Assembly (NCBI RefSeq): GCF_006345805.1
Contig: NC_043011.1
Coordinates: 55,688,464 to 55,752,463, forward strand
From: Octopus sinensis
Lineage: Eukaryota
Direction: 5' to 3'
Length of the DNA stretch: 64,000 nt
This document shows positions 35,201-47,200 of this stretch, in pieces. A program made the position numbers and the translations under genes. Below the pieces are notes generated by a model. It made no database searches, was not told the origin of the DNA, and worked only from the letters and a program-made list of their open reading frames with translations. Each line of letters starts with the position of its first letter. Within the stretch, counting starts at the first letter, position 1.

Positions 35201-38200
35201 CTGCACCAGGCCCCAATCTTGATTTGGCAGAGTTTCTACAGCTGGATGCCCTTCCTAACGCCAACCACTCCGAGAGTGTTGTGGGTGCTTTTACATGCCA
35301 CCGGCACGAGGCCAGTCAGGCAGTACTGGCAACGACCTCGCTCGAATCTATTACACATGCCACTGGCACAGGTGCCAGTAAGGCGATGCTGGTAACCATC
35401 ACGCTTGAATTGCCTTTTACGTGCCACCGGCACAGAGGCCAGATAGTCACTCTGGCAATGATCATGCTTGGATGGTACTCTTCAAGGCACTCTTCAACGC
35501 TGGTAACGATCACGCTCGAATGGTGCCTTTTAAGTGCCACTGGCACAGAAGCTGGTTAGCTGGTGTGTCAGTGATCACACTCGTATGGTGCTCTTTGCAC
35601 CCCGTTAGCATGGACACCGTTTCATATATTGTATTCAGGGAAATTACAAGTGTTGCTCAAGCTTATGAAGGGAACTTTATATTGTTGGTCAACCTGCAAG
35701 ACATAGGAGCTAATTCTCCCTCAGAACCTACTATTCTGAAAGAATACACTGAATGATGTTCCAGATATCCCTAAAATAAACAGTGATGGTCATGTTCAGA
35801 ACACCATTTTGTAAATGTTTGCTCAGTCCAAGTTGATTTAGAGCTAAACAAGTGTTGACTCCTCTCACTGCCATTGTAGATGTGTAGCAGAGTGTGTGGG
35901 ATGCAGCAGAAGTGGAAGGAGACCTTGGTGAAGGAAAGGGGACGGAAGTGTGGGAGTTTCTTCAGGGTCTTCACTTTAATATCCTTTGATTTAACTGTTT
36001 GAAGTTTTATGTTGATTTTTCTTTGCATTCTATGATGTGGGAGCTGTTTACACCGCTTGCATGACAGTGGCACTTGTTTACAGCTACCACACAATGTCAA
36101 AGTACACACACGTACACAACGGACTTTCAGTTCTACCAAATCCACTCACGAGGCTGCCTTTTGCTGGCTTGGGGCAATAATAGAAGACATTTGCCCAAAG
36201 TGCCGTGCAGTGGGATTGAACCTGAAACCATGTGATTGGGAAGCCGGCTTCTTAATCACACAGCCATGCCTGCTGCTCTAAATGTAAAGTTGTTATGTTA
36301 TGAGGTGGGCAAAGAGGACTCTTTCAAAATTGATATTTTGGCTGAGAAAGAAAAAAATGTCTGAAGAGGAAGAGAGAAACATTGAAGTTGTCTATTCAAA
36401 TTGTGATGAGTTATGAGAGATTTTGAAAAGCATTTTCAAAAAGTTTAGTTTCTTTTATAATTTTATAGGCGTAGGAGTGGCTGTGTGGTAAGTAGCTTGC
36501 TTACCAACCACATGGTTCCGGGTTCAGTCCCACTACATGGCACCTTGGGCAAGTGTCTTCTACTATAGCCTCGGGCCGACCAAAGCCTTGTGAGTGGATT
36601 TGGTAGACGGAAACTGAAAGAAGCCTGTCGTATATATATGTGTATGTGTGTGTGTGTATGTTTGTGTATCTGTGTTTGTCCCCACCCCCCAACATCTCTT
36701 GACAATTGATGCTGGTGTGTTTACATCCCCGTAACTTAGCGGTTCAGCATGAGAGACCGATAGAATAAGTACTAGGCTTACAAAGAATAAGTCCTGGGGT
36801 CGGTTTGCTCGACTAAAGGCGGTGCTCCAGCATGGCCACAGTCACATGACTGAAACAAGTAAAAGAGTAATTATTAAAAAAAAATTAGGCCGTAATATCA
36901 TTAAAAACTTAAAAAGTAAATACCAGTGAGGCATCACCACCACCACCACCTCCATCATCATCATCATCTCAGCTCATCTCATTTATTCCGTTGTGTTTCT
37001 GTCCAACCTTTTACAACTCCAAACACTCACAGGACAAACTTTTATTTTATTAGCTTCTACAAAAGAAACGAAATCTTTGGTGATTCGAAGGAATCTGATA
37101 ACAAGGTAAGTCCTCTGCAGAAATGGTCACTTTTTGCTTCTAGGAAAAGTATGACAAAGTTCAAATCCTTTGACATATTTTTATCAGCACTTTTTTCATT
37201 CATTTATTCTCTTTTTGTTAATGAGTTGTTTTGTGTCATTAACTTCCCAATTAGGACATCTCACTCACTGCAGCCATCATACACTGGTGAATGTGACTTG
37301 GGAGCAGTTATCAGGCTTTCACTTATTGTTTTGAATGGCTGGAGGGAGAGACAGGACTGCACCAGCAGTTAGAGTACAATATTGTACATCTAATTAGTGA
37401 TCCCTTCTCCACTACTTTGGTTAGGAAGGTAAAGTCTATATTTTACTGATGAAATCCAATAACACTGAAACATGCATGAAGTTATCTCCTGTATTTGTCA
37501 GAGTCGTGAAAATAACATGAGACACTCACGGAGTGGTTGGCATTAGGAAGGGCATCCAGCCGTAGAAACACTGCCAGATTTGACTGGGCCTGATGAAGCC
37601 TTCTGGCTTCACAGACCCCAGTAGAACCGTCTAACCCATGCTAGCATGGAAAACGGACACTAAACGATGATGATGATGATGATTGATGGATAAAATATTT
37701 TTCTTACTGCCACATAATCATGTTTGGCATTACCCAAAGATACAATATGGTGCCATTGCCAGAATGTGAGCATGAAAGCCATTTAGAGGCCCAATCATCA
37801 TTTCTTTGATCAATGTAATTCTAGCTCTTGTGGTAAAATATAATTATTTCCATCATCAATTATTGTTATTGCATTTAAAATTATTTCTTGCTTCACTGCT
37901 TTGGAGTTGGCAGGAATCAAAGACTGATTGACTAAACAACTTTACAATATTTCGTTTTATGTCTCTCGGTCATGAATTTATAGTTTGATGATTTGTTTTC
38001 GCCTTTTATCCTTTCACAGTCGATAAAACAAGCATTAATCATGGAGTGGACGTGACTCGGTTCACTGCACTCTTTCCCAGCAAGTTTTCGCTTGTGTTTC
38101 CATTCTTGGAAATCAGTTTATTGATTTTTGTCTTCTCTTCAGTGGCAAAACGACAGCAAATGGTATCACGCCAAACTGAGTGCCTTGCCATAGTTGAGTT

Positions 38201-41200
38201 ACCATTAATGTATCTGAGGCAGTAAGCATTAATTAAACACGTTAATTAGAAATGATTGTTGTGCAGTGATGAAAATACTTTATTAGTCAACAACTGATAT
38301 CGTTTTAACTATTTTGTCAAATGGAGGAAACGACTGAAGACTGTTTCTGCCTCATCAGATGTCTTCTGTAAAACAGACTTTGCTGTACATGTTGAAATAA
38401 CGATGCAGGACTCACTAATTAGTATTGTACTTTAATTGGCATAAATAATTCACAACAGTTTAGTGAATAAATGTCTCAGGGACGTCATCAGCATGAAACA
38501 TAATAGTGAAATTAATATTTAATGCTGTGAGCATTTTAGTTTTGTCCCACTACATTTTGGGTTCAAATCTAGCTGGAATTGACTAAATAAATTAAGTCCC
38601 AGTTCTGCTGGTAAACTGAATCTGTTGCCAGGTCCTTGTGTGCCTTAAGTCAAAGTGTAACCTGTTGCATACCTTCAGGACTGAAGGAAAGGGTCATGGC
38701 CGTTATCCTTCCACTTTTGATTAAAATAAAGTAAAACAAATTTACAGAGGGAAGATTTTACCTATTTGGTCCTCTATTGCCATTATATAAGTGTGAAAAG
38801 TGGAAGAACTTTAAGGGACAGCATTATAGTGGAGTAGGGAGGAGAAAAAGGGATTAAAGAACAAAATATATATTCCTGATGCTTAGGTATAAAAACACTG
38901 GTCAACAAAATTAAACGTATTGTACTCATTATGGATGCAAACCAACTTTTTTAGGCTAATTTTTCCTGCTAATTTCAAAATTTTACTCCATTTAAATGCA
39001 GCATGTATCAGTTTTTCAGTAGATACATGCAAATATTTACATGTTTGTAGATATGAAATCATTAACGTAATAAATAAGGAATATTATTTTTTAGAAAGTA
39101 AATGAGTTTATTGAGTTAAAAACCATCACTATCATTCTACAAAGAGTGAATACACAAAAAATGGTTCAGACAAAACTGATAAAGTTAGAATGACAGAGTT
39201 AGAAACATTGTGATTTGGATTTCCTGTGGTGTTCCTGATCTGGTTGATCATGGTAAAGCATCCAGCAGTAGTCAACCAGCATACTGTCATTCCAGAAGCC
39301 TTGGTACCGTTTCTCCATTGCACTAATGTCCTGGTGAAATCTTTTGCCATATTCATCAGACACTGCTCCAAGGTTATCTGCAAAGAAATCCAGATGGGAG
39401 TCCAAGAAATGAACTTTCAGTGACATGCGACAACCCATTGCTGTGTAACATTTCAGAAGATTCTTGATGCCATCCTTGTCCATTGCCTTCTTGTTGCCCA
39501 AGAAATTCTCACAGATCCAGTTGAAAGCATTTCAGGCAGGCAGTTCCAGTTCATCCAGTGTTGTCTTGAAGTTGACATCTTTGAGTACTTCTCTAATTTG
39601 AGGTCTGACAAAGGTCCCCTCTTTCAACTTCACCTGTATGATTTTAGGAAACATTTCTACCATAAACTCAAAAACCTCTGACATTTCTCTTCCCTAGTGT
39701 CTTTACAAACTGTTTCATCAGTCCAAGCTGTTATGTGAAAAGGAGGCAAAAGGACATTACGTGGATCTACAAGAGGTGTATTCTCAATGCTAGACAGTCC
39801 TGGCTAGTATGAAGTTCTTGTCTGTCAGTTGCTTGACTATTCCATAGACACAAGAAACAACAGCATTTTGTGAAACCTGGTTGCATTCCCATTAACATTG
39901 CAATGACTTTTAAATCTCCACATATTTTCCATGAGTATCCTTCAGAGGCATGAAGTAAAAGTTCCATATTTTCATATGATTCATGAAGATGAATGGAGTG
40001 TGCAATAGGAATGGAGGGCTTCAAATTACCATTATGGAGAAGTACAGCTTTTAAACTTTGTTTTGAAGAGTCAATAAACAAATGCCACTCTACAGGATTA
40101 TGATTTTGTAATGAATATTCAAAAAGTCCATCAATGTTACTGCAAAAGCAAAACGAGCCTTCAACAGAAAAATGCGTTTGTAGAACCACATTTCTCTGCT
40201 GAAAATAAGTTGTACGAACACCATGCTCTAGCGGATACTTCTCCTTCAGTCTTGATGCCAACAGTTCTGCTTTATCTTTTGAGAGAGATAGGTCCCTGAT
40301 AAGGTCATTCAGTTCAGCTTGGAAAAATTTCTGAGGTTCAAAGGTATCGTCATCAGCCACATAATCTTCCTCAGCAGCACTATCGTGACAGTCAGCGTCA
40401 TCATCTGATGGAATTGGAATTTGCAGACTTCCATTGTGAGGCACAGGTCTCATTGCAGAATCCAAATTGGGAGACACAATTTTGTGTTTATTCTTCATAG
40501 AAATTCCTGTGACATTTACTTTGCAAAAATAACAGTCATTAAAATGGTCCTTCGGCTTCCTCCACATCATTGGAAGGGAAAAAGGCATGGACTTCTTCTT
40601 ATTATTGAACCAGTCACATAAGTCATTTGAGCAAGCTGAGCAGATAAAATGTGGTTCCCATGACTTGTCCTGATCTCCAAGAAGACAGTCAAAGTATGGC
40701 TTATAAATCTTCTTGATCTCTGGTGTTTACGACAGGACAATTTGAGATGTTGAAATACCTATTTCATCAGAGAAAACTTGATTGGTTAATTTAAGATGAT
40801 GAAATATTGCATCTGAACTATGCAGCAATGAATAATGTTTATTTTAATCGCTTGGCACCTGTGCCAGTGGCACGTAAAAAGCACCCATTACACTCTTGGA
40901 GTGGTTGGCCTTAGGAAAGGCATCCAGCTGCAGAATGGAGCCTGGTACAGCCTTCTGGCTTCCCAAACACCAGTTGAACCGTCCAACCCATGCTAGCATG
41001 GAAAATGGACGTTAAACGATGATGATGATGGTGTTTCCATGATATAAATGAAATACATACACATCATTAATTGGAATTTCTACATAACGAATGAGCTAAA
41101 ACCAAAAAACTTTCTCATCTTGAAAACTGTGAGTGATTGTGAAAAAACTAATTGTATATTTAAAATCAGCATCAAAAGCTATACCACGTACATCTTAACA

Positions 41201-44200
41201 TGCTTGATGAAAAATACTTGTTGACCAGTGAAAGTGGTGCTGGTGATGGTAGGTGACATATTTAGGATCACATTGTAAAAGAGTAGATATGGTAAATATA
41301 TTGTTAGATAAATAAAATTAATGCTCCTGTTGCAGGTGTCTGCAGAAACGGAAGAATACGGTTTTGGTTTTTGGCCGTGGGACATCATCTTCATTTATAC
41401 AGAGCTTCTTGGTGATGTTCTTCTAAATGGCAGTACTTCACACATTCAGAAGAGGGCACTTATGGGAGATAACTGCAAACTAATGGAGGAGTCTTGCTAC
41501 AAAAGACAGCAACAATTTCAACTCAAGTCAGATTTAAACTTCCAAATTGACACCATTCATAATTTGTGTGGTGTCAGCCTGCTTGAACTCACTCACTTCA
41601 AATCTCCACATGAGATATCTATGGAATCCGGTAAACTGATGGCTTTCTTGGTTTAAAAAAAATGTTTTTATTTTATTTTAGACATTTGCACCGACAAATA
41701 AATATTATTGTTTAGGAATATTTCAGAAGAAACTTGAACTTGTTATATCTCTGTATATTCACTTGTCTCCTCAGTGTGTGTGTGTGTGTGCAATCACCTG
41801 ATTAAGCCAACCTATTTTTCTCCATTTAGTGGACCCAGACTGCATCTTTCAGTTTGTTTTATTATCAAAGACAGTAGGGTGTGATTATGAGGCAATATGG
41901 CTGTTATTTCTACCACTTTGAGCCACTTCTTTGGGTTGTAAGAACTCTCAGTTGAGTCATAATGAAAATATAATATATATATATTTCTTTACTGCCCACA
42001 AGAGGCTAGACATAGAGGGGACAAACAAGGACAGACAAAGGGATTAAGTCGATTACATCGATCCCAGTGCGAAACTGGTACTTAATTTATCGACCCCGAA
42101 AGGGTGAAAGGCAAAGTCAACCTCGGCAGAATTTGAACTCAGACCGTAACGACAGACGAAATACGGCTACGCATTTCGCCCGGCGTGCTAATGGTTCTGC
42201 CAGCTCGCCGCCTATAATATATAGATGGAGAAATAACGAAAAGCTTATGGTAATAATTAAGCCTCATGCTTTTCGTCCCACCCTGAAGCTCAGCTAATAT
42301 GGGAAGCAGTAAAACGGATAGTCATATTATTATCTCTCTATATATAAATAGCAAAATATCTGTCCGTGTGTGTGTGTGTGTGTGTGCATGTCCTTTATAC
42401 AAATCCACAATTTTTCAGTTAGAGGGCTCGCACTTTCTATGGTCATTCAAAACCATCCAAGGGCGGTTGCGCACATCTTTACATTTCCCCAGTCACCCAA
42501 CAAAACCATTAAAAAATCAATAGAAGTGACATTTTTGTGAATTTTCTATCCCAAACCCAATCAAAATGCCCAAAACTTGATACGCCAATTGAATGCCAGC
42601 TAGCTGTATGTGATTGGTCGGAGATTTGGACAGTACTCGCGTGTATGTGTGCATGCACTAGCACTATGACCCGGCATTGCCGGGTCACAGTGCTAGTTAT
42701 TATCATTATTATTATTATTATAATATTTCTTTCTTATATCTCTTAGCAGATGAAGACAACTGGAACTGGAGAATACGCCTGGGAGCAATTCAGGCTCTGA
42801 TGAGGGTCTACTATTGTTTGTTAGAGGAACCAACCAGAGAGGTCTTGTTAACAACGCTATGGACTATACTGCTGCAGGTGAACCAGACTGAACGGAATCC
42901 TTGTGTTTTGGAAGCGCTACATTCTAACTTTGTACGTTACCCTCATTTAGAATTTTTCTTCTTCTACAGAATTAGGGTAATGCACCACTCTGAAAGTAAC
43001 ACATCTGTTGTTAGCTAATGATCTTTAGAGGAAGTACTCAATACAAGCGTAAAGTAGAGTTGCTTATTTAGTCTGGTTGAGTTGCCTGTCACACCGGAGT
43101 TGCTCCTTTGGATAAGTCAGTCTGGGTCATTCTGACTTCTCAGAGGAAGCAGTTGCCCACTTTGGGAAATCCAGAGTAACTGACCATTGGTCTGATTTAA
43201 ATAGACTCTGTGTGTGTGTGTGTGTGTGCATGCGTGCGTGTGTGTGTTGTGGCTATAAGAATTGTGTAAACAAGAAGGGAAAAATGAGTATTCAATTATT
43301 ATCATTTAATGTCTGTTTTCCATGCTGGCATGGGTTGGACAGTTTGACTTGGAGCTGTCCAGAGTCCAATTGTCTGTTGTAACATGGTGTCTATGACTGG
43401 ATGCCCTTCCTAATGCCAACCACTTAACAGAATGTGCTGGATGTTTTTTTACATGCTATTGGCATGGGTGCTTTTTATGTGGCATCGGCACCCTAAAGGA
43501 CAAACCTGTATGTGGGGTAGACAGTGATTTTACTTAGCTTGATGTGTCTTATCAAGTACAGCAAATTTCCACAAGCCCCCCCCCCCCTGTCCCTTGTCAT
43601 TTCCTCAGTGAGTTAGCTGTGACTATGTTCTATACAACAGTCAGCCGAATGTTGCAAACAAACACAGGAGAAAGGATGAAGATGGCGTTATGCATTGTTT
43701 ATACCTGTCTGTTGTGTGTTTAAGAGACACCGAACACACACGCATGTATGCTATATGTATGTCAATTTTATTCTCTTTTGGAATAACCCTAACCCTGTGG
43801 TGAAGAAGGTTGTTTCCCAACCACAAGGTTTCAAATTCTGCCCCACTTTGTGCAAATGTCTTGTACCATGGCCCTAGGCCAACCATAGTTTTGTGAGTGG
43901 ATTTGCTAGATGGAAACTAACAAAAGACTGTTAGGTGTGTGTGTATTATCATCATCATCGTTTAATATCCATTTTCCTTACTGGACGTTGGTAACTTCAC
44001 TAGTGCCAGTGGCACAAAGTAATGCTCAGTACACATTGTAAAGTGGTTGGCATTTGGGAAAGGCATCCAGCTCAAGGAACCATGTGAAATCTGACTTGGA
44101 GGAGAATGTAACACTGTGGCTCATCAGGTCCCCTCAAACTGTCAAAGCCCTGCCAGCACAGAAATGGATGTTAAATGGTGATGTGTGTGCATTTGTCTTA

Positions 44201-47200
44201 TCAGATGATGATTCTAAACAAGCTGTTATATAAGCGATGCTATTCTTTCCCAGTCTTCCATGTGAAACAGGTGATGGTTGGTGACAGGAAGAGCATCTAA
44301 CTATAGGAAACCTGCCTCAACAAGTTCTGTCTGGTCTATGGAAGCATAAAAAATTAGACATGAAATGATGATGCTATACGTGTGTGTGTGTGTGTAAAAA
44401 GCACCAACCGATCATGGCCATTGCCAGCCTCCCCTGGCACCTGTGCTGGTGGCACGTAAAAAGCACCCACTACACTCACAGAGTGGTTGGCGTTAGGAAG
44501 GGCATCCAGCTGTAGAAACACTGCCAGATCAGACTGGAGCCTGGTGCAGCCCCCTGGCTTCCCAGACCCCAGTCGAACCATCCAACCCATGCTAGCATGG
44601 AAAACAGACGTTAAATGATGATGATGATGATATATATATATATATAGCTTAAATGTAATGCTGACTATTTTCTGGTGGTCTAATACTTAAGAAGTTATAC
44701 AAACAGGATTGATTTGAAATAGAAATGCTAAAATAAGGAAGATGTCCATTATGGGAGTGAGGCTGGTGCATTGATCTATTCCTGTGGAAATTCTTTGCCC
44801 CAGTCACACACCTGACTCCAAGAATGGTTGATTTTTTTTTCCCTTTTTTTTTTTGAGTTGTTTGCTTTGAATTGATTTTGTCTTCATTTCTGTTGTTGAT
44901 GCTCTTTGAATATTCTTCGTGTGTTGCAGTTTTATTCTACAAGGAAGACAGCCCTGTCTTTTAGGCAGACTTCACTCCATAACTTCATGTCACACATGGC
45001 TGACAACTTGGTCGAGATTTATTTACTAGAATCATGTGGCAGCAAGGAACAGCAGAAAGAACAAGAACAACATCAGCAACGACAACAACAACAACAACAA
45101 CAAATCACAAACAGAAACAGTTTGACCCAGAAATTAAATGAGAACAAATTATCAATATTTGATCAAAGGAAATCCATTTTTCCTCCGAGGTGAAACCATA
45201 AATATTTTCATGCATTTAAAGTTTTACTTTAATGAGTTTTGTACAGCATGTTGAAATAAGCTCGTTAGAGCTGATCTCAGAGCACCATTTAATAACCATG
45301 TTGCCATGGCAATAGTTCTAAGTAAAGCAGGGAGTGTAGGAAGTAATTAGAACTTTAATGAAGCTGGTAGAACATGAAGACCTGCGATTGATCTGTTGTG
45401 GTTTAGACCCAGGTCGACCTAGAAAAAAACAGACCAGAGATCGAAAGTTATTCTGGCCATGGCAATCCTTGCCTTTCATTTCTGTCATCATGCATCTTGG
45501 ACTATATAATTTCAATGTGCTCTTTTTTAAAGATTGTTGGATGTGATTTAAGGGAGATTTGGGTGCTGTTTCTAGGAGGCTGAGCATAAAGGTTCTTCAT
45601 TGGTTCATATGACTGCTGTTAACTTGACTTATGATGTCCCCCAATGGATTATCCTCAATGGCTTATCCCCAATGGATTATCCTCATCCAGTTTTCTAGAC
45701 ATGATTTTATTCAATGTGGGATTTAGTTGATCCAACACAGATCTGACATTTACTGCAAAGAAATTTTGCCTTTTACCATTTCTGGGTCGATAAAAAGGTA
45801 CCAACGTAGAGTTGTAGACCAGCAGAATTGTAAGAAGGAATCAGATGTCTTGTGGTATTTATTCCGGTTCTTTGTGTTTTTTATCAATTGAAATCCTACC
45901 ATGACCTTCCTGGATGACAGACTTAATCTGTCTCCTGGTTTCACACCACCACTTGGCCCTGGGGTGAGGATGACTTTAGCAGAATCTGACCTGTTGCAGC
46001 TATCACAAGATTCAGTCTTTGTTGTTGTGTGATGGCTTGTATGACCCTGAGAGCTTTGCCAGGGCCTCCCATGCTGGACAGGTCAAAGAATAGAGGCCAG
46101 ACTAATATGGATCATCTCTCCCCAGAAGTAAAAATGGGTTTTTAGAAAAAAGCCGAGTTATAGATGATTAAAAGTAATGCAAAAAGAGGACCTGGGAGAG
46201 GAAGGCTTTCTCCTCAGGGATAAGTTAGATCCTGACCTGATCCACAAGGGAGGTGGAAGAGAGGATGCCCTAAAAATTGCTGGAAATGGAATACAGAAGT
46301 AGAACTGCAAAAGCAGGGAACCAACTGGAGAACAGACCAGAGTTGAGAGGAGTGGAGACAGGTGACGAATGGCCTCTGTTCCGTAGACAGGGAAGGACAT
46401 AAGTAACTCTGTTGCAAGGATTGAGGCCAAGTCTCAGGTTTCTCCCTCTCTTCCACCAGCCTTGGGGGCAAAAAAGGGGCCATGTGCCTTCTCTCTTGAT
46501 TAAAAGATGTGTGTGTGTGTATACAAGGTGCACTTCAGAAGTTTTCAGACTTATTCAGGAGAGAGAGAGTTCTGAATTTCAAAGAAGTACAAACTCTAAT
46601 CTTCAAAGTAGGATACTTTGACTTCAGTGCACTTGTTGTAGCACTCTGGCTATTTCATGAAAGTTCTCCAAAGTGAAGTGGGGGGGGTCCAGGACCCTTA
46701 TCACAGCCTCCTTCAACTTCAAAATGACTGCCTCTGAGGTTCTCCACGGGGCCATGGGGAACAGCCAAAAGTCACTAGGGGCAAGGTCTGAACTCTAGAG
46801 AGGGTAAGGAACAGTTTTGATGGCCTTACCAACCAAGTGTGGCCGCTGCCAGCCTCCCCTGGCACCTGTGCCAGTGGCACGTAAAAAGCACCCACTACAC
46901 TCACGGATTGGTTGGCGTTAGGAAGGGCATCCAGCTGTAGAAACATTGCCAGATCAGACTGGAGCCTGGTGCAGCCTCCTGGCTTCCCAGACCCCGGGCG
47001 AACTGTCCAACCCATGCTAGCACGGAAAACGGACATTAAACGATGATGATGATGAATATATATATAACTGAAATGGTATAGACAAAAGCTTTATGCTACA
47101 GTAGGAGGTGGGGTGTCCCAAAGAAAAGAGAAACTGAGGAAAACCTGGGAAAGAATGAAGTGTCAGGATGCTATGTCGAAGAGAAAAGATGACAACAAAC

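Larger units (their letters stand above)
38896..41230 (-). mobile_element. Full-length decayed Chapaev3-type (CMC superfamily) DNA transposon
   Basis: TIR CACTGGTCAACAA / TTGTTGACCAGTG; 3-bp TSD AAA; transposase pieces WEPHFIC, MPFSLPMMWRKPKDHFNDCYFC, FIDSSKQSLKAVLLHNGN, CGDLKV, HFLDSHLDFF. Confidence 0.8.

Noticed and set aside
38325-38362. Hammerhead (minus-strand CTGATGA-GGCA-GAAAC)
   Set aside because: No stem II and no compatible stem I.
46549-46607. Extra TMEM232 exon (LIQERESSEFQRSTNSNLQ)
   Set aside because: 59 nt, phase 2->1, would frameshift exon 14; exon 13 joins exon 14 cleanly.
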